Shown here: positions 1 to 9,916 of the stretch, in pieces | Layout of the letters: every line of letters begins with the position of its first letter | Numbering within the stretch: position 1 is the stretch's first letter | From: Malacoraja senta | Lineage: Eukaryota | Reading direction: 5' to 3' | NCBI GenBank assembly: GCA_038087875.1 | Contig: CM075991.1 | Coordinates: 11,348,001 to 11,412,000 of the forward strand | DNA: 64,000 nucleotides | Program-made: the position numbers and the translations under genes | Notes under the pieces: generated by a model | Databases searched by the model: none | What the model saw: the letters and a program-made list of their open reading frames with translations, nothing else | Told to the model about the DNA's origin: nothing

Positions 1-521
1 TCAGATTCCTGTCCCGCCGCTGCCACCTCGTCCCGAGTCTTCCTGACCTTGCCCCGGGCCGCCGGCCTGGGAATAACATCCAGCACCTCAGAGTAGGTGG
101 ACTGTAGGTCAGGCTGCATGCCTCTGGCTTGACCTCCATGGCCCTTGGACCCTGGGTTGACCTTCCAGGGCAAGGTGGAAGCCGACCGGACACTGGGCTC
201 AGGGGCCACCTCCAGCGAGAGGCATCTCAGGGCTGGGAGAGTCGCATTGGCCATCTCGCCCTTGGCCTTGGCTGGCTGTTGGCCCTCAGTCTCGCTCAGC
301 TCCCCTTCTTCCTCGGCCTCCTGGGCTGAGCCGGGCCTGGAGGCCACCAGCGGCTCGTTGTCCCCATCGCCGGCCGACAGCTTCTCCTCCCTGAAGCCCT
401 GCCGGACAGACTTGATGGCCGACTCGATGATCTGGAAGATGCCATTGGCATGGTTGGTGTCAAACTCGAAGCTGCCCTCTCCGGACGCGCAGCGCCGGCC
501 CGCCTCGAAAGAGAAGGTCAC
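1..521 (-). CDS. DOK2: DOK-family adaptor, last coding exon (end of PTB domain + tail), runs off window
   Basis: AG acceptor at 522-523; open frame [36 protein letters not shown]...TYSEV; typical DOK1/2 PTB C-terminus; DOK2 chosen from adjacency to XPO7. Confidence 0.85.
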   Translation of the reverse strand, partial: MTFSFEAGRRCASGEGSFEFDTNHANGIFQIIESAIKSVRQGFREEKLSAGDGDNEPLVASRPGSAQEAEEEGELSETEGQQPAKAKGEMANATLPALRCLSLEVAPEPSVRSASTLPWKVNPGSKGHGGQARGMQPDLQSTYSEVLDVIPRPAARGKVRKTRDEVAAAGQES

Positions 522-639
522 CTGGAAACAGAGCACAGAGGAAACGTGTTCAGGGTGCTGCCCCAGGGACGAGATACATCCTTGACCAGTCTGTGACGGC
601 CACAACATTGAACCTACTGCTCACCATAGTGGGTGGGGT

Positions 640-692
640 GGGGTGGGAGATCGCAACCTTCACGTGGTCCACCCTGTTTCGACCAATGCAAT
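640..692 (+). ncRNA. Second copy of the HDV-like ribozyme (downstream part lost at a CR1 insertion)
   Basis: GGGGTGG-GA-GATCGCA-ACC-TTCACGT-GGT-CCACCCT-GT-TTCG-ACCAA-TGCAAT. Confidence 0.75.
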
Positions 693-1167
693 AGACAATA
701 GGTGCAGGAGTAGGCCATTCGGCCCTTTGAGCCAGCACCGCCATTCACTCTGATCATGGCTGATCATCCACAATCAGTAACCTGTGCCTGCCTTCTCCCC
801 ATATCCCTTGATTCCACTAGCCCCTAGAGCTCTATCTAACTCTCTCTTAAATCCATCCAGTGACTTGGCCTCCACTGCCCTCTGTGGCAGGGAATTCCAC
901 AGATTCACAACTCTCTGGGTGAAACAGTGTTTTCTCATCTCAGTCTTAAATGACCTCCCCTTTATTCTAAGACTGTGGCCCCTGGTTCTGGACTCCCCCA
1001 ACATTAGGAACATTTTTCCTGCATCTAGCCTGTCCAATCCTTCTATAATTTTATACGTTTCTATAAGATCCCCCTCATCCTTCTCAACTCCAGTGAATAC
1101 AAGCCTAGTCTTTCCAATCTTTCCTCATATGACAGTCCCGCCATCCCAGGGGATTAACCTCGTGGAC
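693..1167 (-). mobile_element. CR1 LINE 3' fragment
   Basis: Translates as ...ESRTRGHSLRIKG...FTQRVVNLWNSLP...; (CTATTGT)n tail. Confidence 0.9.
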
Positions 1168-1194
1168 CTTGTGGCGGAATTGGCAGCCGTTTAC

Positions 1195-1367
1195 CTTGTC
1201 CCGTCCAAAGCGCCTGAGGAACCTGTAGGGCCAGGTGAAGAGCAACTTGTTGCGCTCCAGCTCCTTCAGCTCGAGGCTGTCCTCCTCCACGACGAGCAGG
1301 AACGATCCCTGGAGGCCACAACGATCCGCTGCTTCCGTCTTCCTCACGGTCACCCGGAACTCCTTCA
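1195..1367 (-). CDS. DOK2: DOK-family exon (IRS-type PTB domain)
   Basis: (V)KEFRVTVRKTEAADRCGLQG...FTWPYRFLRRFGRDK; AG/GT boundaries; phase matches both neighbouring exons. Confidence 0.88.
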
Positions 1368-1582
1368 CTGCACAACACACAACGTATACTGGTCAAAGAT
1401 CCAGCTCTACTTTAGACTTTAGAGACACATTGCCCCAAAACAGGCCCTTCGGCCCACCGAGTCCGGGCCGACCAGCCATCACCCCCGTACCGTAGCACTG
1501 GCCCCATAGCAGAAGCGTCCACGTCGCGGGGCTGGAAACTGGAAGTATCCCGAACTAATTCTGCTACCACCATCATCTATTG

Positions 1583-2221
1583 CAGGGGTGGGGAACTTTT
1601 TCCTGTTGGAATGCCGCATTAAGTTAGCTGTAATCTAACAAGGCCGCATCCAACAAACTTCAATTAGGTATACAGTGCTATCTCTGCCTCAGAGGGCGGT
1701 GGAGGCCGGTTCTCTGGATGCTTTCAAGAGAGAGCTAGATAGGGCTCTTAAAAATAGCGGAGTCAGGGGATATGGGGAGAAGGCAGGAACGGGGTACTGA
1801 TTGGGGATGATCAGCCATGATCACATTGAATGGCTGGAAGGGCCAAATAGCCTACTCCTGCACCTATTGTCTATTGTCTATTGTCTATTTCACGACATTT
1901 ATCTTGAAGGTTGTTGAAGAAATCTATCCCTCGTTTTCTACCCTTAAGAGTGCCCAAAGCGAGTAACTCTTCGTAGCAATAAAATAGCCCTCATGACTTA
2001 CTACTGTTTTAATTGTGGCCCTCAGTCGGGGAGGATTATTTCGTTGAATCTTCTTTTACTCTTTGGTATTTTAAATACGTTCATTTTAAGATAAAAAATA
2101 AAAATAATAAAAGACGAACAAAAACATATTAATAAAAATAAAAGGATTTGTTCTACAAAATTTGGATTCATTCAAAAGGCCGGACTTAATGGCCTAGAAG
2201 GCCGCAGGTTCCCCACCCCTG
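1583..2221. mobile_element. hAT (Charlie-like) non-autonomous DNA transposon with nested CR1 fragment (~1679-1889)
   Basis: Terminal inverted repeats (TIRs) CAGGGGTGGGGAAC / GTTCCCCACCCCTG; 8-bp TSD ATCTATTG/GTCTATTG (7/8). Confidence 0.85.
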
Positions 2222-2554
2222 GTCTATTGCAACAAGCAATGGCTCCCACTGATTGTCGCCGGAAGCTTGCGTCCTTTTCAGAACAGACGATGATAGCGAG
2301 GTCAACATTTGTAACATGGAAGATGGATATGAATGAAGACACTAGGACTATCCTACCCACTAGGGACGATTTACAATTTTACCGAAGCCATTTAGCCTAC
2401 CAGCCTGCACGTCTTTGGAGTGCGGGAGGAAACCGGAGCCCCTCGGAGAAAACGTGCAAAGTCCGTACACCCCTTAGTAGGATCGAACCCAATCTCTGGC
2501 ACCATAAGGCAGCAACTCTACCATTGCACCAGCATGCCGCCCTAAAATAAGACA

Positions 2555-3295
2555 GGCAACATTCTGTCCTGGGCCTCCACCATGGCCAGATTGAGGCCCA
2601 GCGCAAATTGGAGGAACAGCACCTCATATTTCGCTTGGGTGATTTACACCCCAGCGGTATGAACATTGACTTCTAGAATTTCAGGTAGTCTGTGTTTTCT
2701 CCGTCCTTCCCCTCTCCTTCCCAGCTCTCCCACAAGCCTACTGCCTCCACCTCTTCCTTTCCTCCCCCCCCCCCACCCGACATCAGTCTGAAGAAGGGTC
2801 TCGAACCGAAACGTCGCCTATTCCTTCGCTCCATAGATGCTGCCTGACCCGCTGAGTTACTCCAGCACTCTGTGAAACGTCACCTATCCATGTTCTCCAC
2901 AGATGCTGCCTGACCCGCTGAGTTACTCTGGCACAGTGTACTTCTGTGCTTTGTAAGCTATACGGAACCACACTATAAATGATAAGGTAGACCAAAATGC
3001 TGGAGAAACTCTGCGGGTGCGGCAGCATCTATGGAGCAAAGGAAATAGGCAACGTTTCGGGCCGAAACCCGGAAGGGTTTCGGGCCGAAACGTTGCCTAT
3101 TTCCTTCAGGGTTTCGGCCCGAAAGGTTGCCCAATTCCTTCGCTCCACAGATGCTGCCTGACCTGCTGAGTTACTCCAGCACTCTGTGAAACGTCACCTA
3201 TCCATGTTCTCCACAGATGCTGCCTGACCCGCTGAGTTACTCCAGCACTTTGTGCCACATCTGTGTATTAACCAGCATCTGCAGTTCTTTGTTTC
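2555..3295 (+). mobile_element. Penelope-like element 3' fragment (GIY-YIG C-terminus + pseudo-LTR repeats)
   Basis: EAQRKLEEQHLIFRLG..HPSGMNIDF followed by CTGAAGAAGGGTCTCGAACCGAAACGTC and tandem/inverted terminal repeats. Confidence 0.75.
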
Positions 3296-3904
3296 TGATC
3301 TTTTAAATAATGGACCATCATCCTTTCTTTCCCTTAATTCAAACAGTATCATTTTTTTTAATCAGGGGATCTCTGCTGATCAAAAAGTTGCATTGCCTTT
3401 GCATTTTCTAGAAATTTTCCGAGATGCCTAATCTTGCTATGAGTGTGAGGCTGCTGCACCAGCGTGTATTGTTGATAAGATCTCAAATGCTTCCTCTTTT
3501 AAATGATACACACAGGCAAGGATCCTGCCTGTGTGCTGCGGTTTTCAAAATAGGCCTATCTGAAGGCAGAAAGCAGAAGTTCCACATGTTAACCCCAGAG
3601 CAGCAAAGAGTCAAAGGGTTCCTCTTGTCCCTCACTACAAAATGTGGGGCGCGCTGTGCATCAGACTTAGCGCAAGTCCGATGTCCGTGTCACCCACATG
3701 GCTCCCAGACGCTGACTGACTGAGAAATTCAGCACAAGGGCAAGTTGATCGCTTCCAACGGTCCTCTACCTCTTCCTCATCCTCTGTGATGTCCCTATCC
3801 TTGCTTTCCCAATGCTCCCCTCCATCGAGAGAAAGTTGGGGCAACTCATCCACAGACCAAAAATAGAGTCAGATCCTGCTTTGCTTGTGAGAGTCCTTTG
3901 AGTT

Positions 3905-4245
3905 CTTCAGTTTTGTTTATTGTCACGTGTACCGATGTACAGTGGAAAGCTTTTGTTGCGTGCTATCCAGTCAGCGGAAAGACAAGACATGATTACAATC
4001 GAGCCATTTCCAGTGTACAGATACATGATAAGGGAATAACGTTTAATGCAAGGTAAAGCCAGCAAAGTCTGATCAAGGATAGTCTGAGGGTCACCAATGA
4101 GGTAGATAGTAGTTCAGGACCGCTCTCTGGTTGTGGTAGGATGGTTCAGTTGCCTGATAACAGCTGGGAAGAAACTGCCCCTGAATCTGGAGGTGTGCGT
4201 TTGTACCTCTTGCCCGATGGGAGAGGGGAGAAGAGGGATGTGACT
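3905..4245 (-). mobile_element. Rex1/Babar-like LINE 3' fragment
   Basis: SPLPSG..SRFRGSFFPAVIRQLN motif plus GACAATAAA 3' UTR. Confidence 0.7.
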
Positions 4246-4267
4246 CCCCGCCAACCGCTGGGTCACA

Positions 4268-4305
4268 GTGAGTGTGCGTGTGCGTGAGTGTGAGTGTGTG
4301 CGTGG

Positions 4306-4336
<31 letters not shown>

Positions 4337-4397
4337 GGTGTGAGTGTGCGTGGGTGTGCGTGTTGGTGTGTGAGTGTGTGTGTGTTGGTGTGTGAGT

Positions 4398-4484
<87 letters not shown>

Positions 4485-4591
4485 TGTGTGTGAGTGTGTG
4501 TGTGAGTGTGTGTGAGTGTGTGTGTGTGTGTGTGAGTGCGTGGGTACGTGGGTGCGTGGGTGCGTGGTTGTGCGTGTGTGCGTGTGTGCGT

Positions 4592-4630
<39 letters not shown>
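4268..4630. repeat. (TG)n microsatellite
   Basis: Directly visible. Confidence 0.98.
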
Positions 4631-4633
<3 letters not shown>

Positions 4634-4956
4634 CTGGAGGTTGCTAATCTGTGACGGAGAGTTACTTCCCCCTGGACTGTGGTCCGTGTGTACACTAACC
4701 GTGGTGGTGGATGTACAGACTGTGCAGATGCTGCTTGACTCGCAGCCAGAGCAGGAAGCTGAGAAAGCCACCGTCAAAAACCTTTTCCATGACGTGAGTG
4801 AGTGTCGCTGAGTGCAGGAGGTGGCTTCACTCTGCGTCCGGCATAGACAATAGACAATAGACAATAGACAATAGATGCAGGAGTAGGCCATTTGGCCCTT
4901 CGAGCCAGCAGCGCCATTCAATGTGATCATGGCTGATCATCCCCAATTCCTGCCTT

Positions 4957-5078
4957 CTCCCCATATCCCTGACTCCGCTATTCCCCATATCCCCTGACTC
5001 CGCTATTCCCCATATCCCCCGACTCCGCTATTCCCCATATCCCCTGACTCCGCTATTCCCCATATCCCCTGACTCCGC
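4957..5078. repeat. ~25-bp tandem repeat (x5) derived from CR1 3' end
   Basis: TCCCCATATCCCCTGACTCCGCTAT units. Confidence 0.9.
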
Positions 5079-5247
5079 ATGTAGCTAGAATACCCACAGG
5101 ATGCACAGAGCACCCTCTGCCCCCTCGCCCACAGCCTCCCCTCACACACCCCTCCCCTCTACCTCTTCACCCTCTGGCTCCTCCTCACCCACTCATTCCC
5201 CTTCCCCTCCATCTTCTCTGCCTCTCACCCTCAGCTTCCCTATCTAG

Positions 5248-5766
5248 AATAGAATACCGTTTATTGTCATTTGAACCTAAGTTCAAACTAAATTACGTTT
5301 CTGCAGTCGTACAAACAAGAAAAAAACCAAGGACTCTCACACAAATAACACAATTTACATAAACATCCATCAAGGGTGAATCTCCAAACACTTCCTCACT
5401 GTGATGGAAGGCAAAGTCTTGTCTCTCCCCTGTTCTTTATTCTTCTCCCAATGTTAAAGTCCCCGGCCGTTAAGGGGCGATGTAAGGCCCCGCTCCGGGT
5501 CGTTTTCAACCCCGCGATTGGAGCCCCAGGTTGTTCCGGTTGGAGGCCGCTCCACAATGCTAGGCCCCAACAACAACGGAAACCCGACAGGGAAAAGGTC
5601 GGGTCCCCCGTACAGGGAAGAGATTTAAACACCGCCCCCCCCCCACACATAAACACAGCTAAAAATAATATATAAACTACAACCAAAATAAGCATTTAAC
5701 AGTACAAAAAGAAACAAAGACAGCGGACAGCAGAGGCCGCTGCCGTGCGGCACCGCCACTTCCAAA
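5248..5766 (-). mobile_element. Non-coding SINE-like retroposon with GC-rich body and (TTCTA)n tail
   Basis: AATGACAATAAA + microsatellite tail; shares a hairpin core with the 11.4, 23.9 and 35.7 kb elements. Confidence 0.6.
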
Positions 5767-5929
5767 CTAGTGATCCCCTCTTCCCCTCCCCCACTGAAGC
5801 CCTCTGCCTGTTACCCACTCATCCCCTCTGCTTCCCCACCCACTCATCGCCTCTCCCCCCCACATCCCCCCCTGCCTCTTACCCACTCATATGATAGGAG
5901 AAGAATTAGGCCATTCGGCCAGAGGATTA

Positions 5930-6565
5930 GGCCAGAGGATTTGAGTAGAGGAGCAGGGAGGTTCTACTGCAGTTGTACAGGGTCTTGGTGAGACCACACC
6001 TGGAGTATTGCGTACAGTTTTGGTCTCCAAATCTGAGGAAAGACATTCTTGCCATAGAGGGAGTACAGAGAAGGTTCACCAGACTGATTCCTGGGATGTC
6101 AGGACTTTCATATGAAGAAAGACTGGATAGACTTGGCTTATACTCGCTAGAATTTAGGAGATTGAGAGGGGATCTTATAGAAACGTACAAAATTCTTATG
6201 GGGTTGGACAGGCTAGATGCAGGAAGATTGTTCCCGATGTTGGGGAAGTCCAGGACAAGGGGTCACAGCTTAAGGATAAGGGGGAAATCCTTTAAGATCG
6301 AGATGAGGAAAAACTTTTTCACACAGAGAGTGGTGAATCTCTGGAACTCTCTGCCACAGAGGGTAGTTGAGGCCAGTTCATTGGCTATATTTAAGAGGGA
6401 GTTAGATGTGGCCCTTGTGGCTAAGGGGATCAGGGGGTATGGAGAGAAGGCAGGTACGGGATACTGAGTTGGATGATCAGCCATGATCATATTGAATGGC
6501 GGTGCAGGCTCGAAGGGCCGAATGGCCTACTCCTGCACCTATTTTCTATGTATCTATGTATCTAT
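5930..6565 (+). mobile_element. CR1 LINE 3' fragment
   Basis: LVRPHLEYCVQFWSP...RVVNLWNSLP; (ATCTATGT)n tail. Confidence 0.92.
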
Positions 6566-7601
6566 GGCCCATCAAGTCAACTCTGCCATTCTCCTGCCTT
6601 CTCCCCATAACCCCTGACACCCGCACTAATCAAGAATCTATCTATCCCTGCCTTAAAAATATCCACTGACTAGTTCTCCACGGCTTTCTGCGGCAAAGAT
6701 TTCCACAGATTCACCCACTCTGCCTCTCACCCTCAGATCCTTCGGCCCACAATGTCCACGCCGAAAACATGATGCTACGGACATGACCAATATCCCTCCA
6801 TTCCCTGCATATCCATGTGCCTGTCCAAACTCCTCCAAAACACCACTATCGTATCTGCCTCCACCACCACCTCTGGCAGTGCATTCCAGGCACCTACCAC
6901 CCTCTGTGTTAAAAAAAAATCTTGCACTGCTCATCTACTAGAAATGTTGCCCCTCTCACCTTAAAGCTATGCCCTCTAGTGCTGGATATTTCTACCCTGG
7001 GGAAAAGGGACTGAGTGTTGACCATGTCTATGCCCATCTAAAGGACAACTAGAAAGGGCAGTTCAATGCGGCCTCATCCAGCAATACCCACAGCTTCTTC
7101 TTCTTCTTCTTCTTCTTCTTCGTGTGGCGTGCACAGCCTAAAGTTGGCGGACAACTTGTTCTATTTGATACCCACAGCTCTTGAATGTGTTAAAAAAAAT
7201 AAAAAATTAAAAATAAAAAATAGCTACAACAAATGGGCCCTGTATCTGCTCACAATCTCCACTTCTACTTCACCAGATATCGCACTTCAGCAGCAGCTCA
7301 AATTTTCCAACCACACAGCGAGTAAAAGGTGTGGTCAGCGGCAGAGTTGCTGACGTGCAGCCCTCACAGCGCCAGAGAACCCGGTTCGATCCCGGCTACG
7401 GGTGCTGTGAGAGTTTGGGCGTTCTCCCCGTGACCGCGTGGGTTTGTAAATTTAAAATTGCCCCTAATGTGTGCAGGACAATGCTAGTGTGCGGGGGGGT
7501 CGGCGGTCGGCACGGACACGGTGGGCCGAAGGGCCTGTTTCCGCCCCGTATAACTGAAACTAAAAGACTGGTGTCTGCCACAGCGCAAGCATGGTGCACC
7601 T

Positions 7602-7970
7602 TAGACAACAGACAATGGGTGCAGGAGGAGGCCATTCGGCCCTTCGAGCCAGCACCGCCATTCAATGTTATCATGGCTGATCATCCCCAATCAGTACCCC
7701 GTTCCTGCCTTCTCCCCATATCCCCTGACTCCGCTATCTTTAAGAGCCCCATCTAGCTCTCTCTTGAAAGCATCCAGAGAACCTGCCTCCACCGCCCTCT
7801 GAGGCAGAGAATTCCACAGATTCACAAGTCTGGGTAAAAAAGTGTTTCCTCATCCCCGTTCTAAATTGCCAACCCCTTATTCTTAAACTGTGGCCTCTGG
7901 TTCTGGACTCCCCCAACATCGGGAACATGTTTCCTACCTCTAGCGTGTCCAAACCCTTAATATGTTTCAA
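7602..7970 (-). mobile_element. CR1 LINE 3' fragment
   Basis: Same CR1 family sequence. Confidence 0.88.
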
Positions 7971-8551
7971 TAAGTTCCTTGTGTCCAAGCGAGGGGTGGG
8001 GGTGTCCCCTCCCTCCCTACTAATGGAAGGTGGCAACAAGTGAGGACCACAGGTCATTGTGGAGCGTGCGTGCTTGCTCTGTGAGTGTACGTGGTGGTGG
8101 TGGAGGCTCAGAGACATGCCGCAGGGTGGTGTGGCCCCAGCTCCTAACCGTTTCCCACTCTGCCTCCGGTCTTCCCGTTCTCTACCCACATTCTGAGCTG
8201 ACTTTCGGAGACGCACTCACGTTGACCGATCACCGACCATTTGTCCGTACGTGCGTATACACACACACACTCTCTGAACTTTTTTTCCTCTCTCTCGTCA
8301 TCATATTAGTTTACAGTGTACGATGTTTATATAATCATGTTTTAGAAAGACCTGCAGATGCTGGTGAAATCGATGAGGGACACAAAAAGCAACTCAGCGG
8401 GTGAGGCAGCATCTATGGAGAGAAGGAATTGGCGACGTTTCAGGTGGAGACCCTTCTTCAGACTGATGTGCTTCTGCAAGGGAGAATTTCACTGTTCTGT
8501 CTGGGACATATGACGATAAAACACTCTGGACTCTTCTCCCTTGACTCTCGT

Positions 8552-8809
8552 GTTTAAGAAGGAACTGCAGATGCTGGAAAATCGAAGGTAGACAAAAGTG
8601 CTGGAGAAACTCAGCGGGTGCAGCAGCATCTATGGAGCGAAGGAAATAGGCAACGTTTCGGGCCGAAACCCGGAAGGGTTTCGGCCCGAAACATTGCCTA
8701 TTTCCTCCAGTCTGAAGAAGGGTTTCGTCCCGAAACGTTGCCTATTTCCTTCGCTCCATGGATGCTGCTGCACCCGCTGAGTTTCACCAGCACTTTTGTC
8801 ATACCTTCT
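8552..8809. mobile_element. Foldback Penelope-derived element
   Basis: Inverted pseudo-LTR arms; 12-bp TSD CTTGACTCTCGT (8540-8551, 8810-8821). Confidence 0.8.
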
Positions 8810-9770
8810 CTTGACTCTCGTTCTCCAACCTCCCCCCCCCCCCCCCCCCGCCTGGCCCCCTCCTCTCCGAGCCCTCACCCCCCTCCAGCTTCTCAGACAG
8901 TCAGCGATTTCCCATGAAGCAGAGAGAGGGAGGTTTACGACAACCCACGCCCAGCTTCGTCACTCTTTCCACAGGGGAAGCTCGGCTCATTGCAGAGTGG
9001 AAGTATCTCAAGACCGTCTCCTAGAACAAGATGCCTATCTGGTTTCTATTTTTTCGAGAAGAGCTTTTTCACAAAACGCAGCAGAAATATGTTGCAGCTT
9101 TTGCTGGGTCACCAGAGAGGGAACTGACCCCAAAGTAACCAAAATCTCCTTACCCTCCAATCCCATTGATGGCACTTGCCTTGGAGATGAGACCCTTGGA
9201 GATAGATTAGAGATAGAGCACAGAAACAGGCCCTTCGGCCCACTGAGTCCATGTTGACCAGCGATGGAACAAGCTGCCAGAGGTGGTAGTTGAGGCAAGG
9301 ACATGGATAGCACCAACATTTAAGAAACAGTTAGACAGGGTACAAGGATAGGACGGGTTTGGAGGAATATGGACCAAATGGTGGCAGGTGGGACTAGTGT
9401 AGCTGGGGCATGTTGGCCGGTGTGGGCAAGTTGAGCCGAAGGGCCTGTTTCAACGCTGTATCACTCTATGACGCGATGACTCCATGGCTGTCAGATACTA
9501 ATGAGCCAAAGCTAGTCTTAATCCAAAGATATACACAAACAGGGAGTAACTCAGCGGATCAGACAGCATCTCTGGAGAAAGGAATAGTTGAAGTTTTGTG
9601 TCGAGACACATAGATACATAGGCATAGACAATAGGTGCAGGAGTAGGCCGTTCGGCCCTTCGAGCCAGCACCGCCATTCAATGTGATCAGGGCTGATCAT
9701 CCCCAATCAGTACCCCGTTCCTGCCTTCTCCCCATATCCCTTGATTCCTCTAACCCTAAGAGCTCTATCT

Positions 9771-9824
9771 GGGGTGGGAGATTGCAACCTTCACGTGGAC
9801 CGCCCTGTTTCGACGAATGCAATC
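9771..9824 (+). ncRNA. Minimal HDV/CPEB3-like ribozyme fold at 5' end of a short retroposon
   Basis: P1 GGGGTGG/CCGCCCT, P2 GATTGCA/TGCAATC, P3 ACC/GGA, L3 TTCACGT, TTCG stub for P4, J4/2 ACGAA. Confidence 0.8.
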
Positions 9825-9916
9825 AACCTGGCGTGCACAATCAAGTAAGATCAAATAGAACAAGTTGTCCTACAACTTTAGGCTGAGCACGCCATACGCA
9901 AGAAGAAGAAAAAAGA
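9771..9916 (+). mobile_element. 146-bp non-autonomous retroposon with (AAG)n tail, nested in CR1
   Basis: 10-bp TSD AGCTCTATCT at 9761-9770 and 9917-9926; a 3' fragment of the same family is at ~7095-7170 (-). Confidence 0.85.

Noticed and set aside
145..585. 146-aa + strand ORF
   Set aside because: Antisense shadow of the DOK last exon.
2810..3260. Repeat-spacer-like periodicity suggesting CRISPR
   Set aside because: Eukaryotic Penelope pseudo-LTR tandem and inverted copies; no unique spacers or cas genes.
4091..4930. Long His/Thr- or Cys/Val-rich ORFs (also at 14.3-15.7, 21.4, 24.7-25.1 and 26.8-27.5 kb)
   Set aside because: Translations of (CA)n/(TA)n microsatellites.
5385..5413. CAGTGA loop suggesting an iron-responsive element
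   Set aside because: The 5-bp upper stem does not pair; intronic and inside a repeat.
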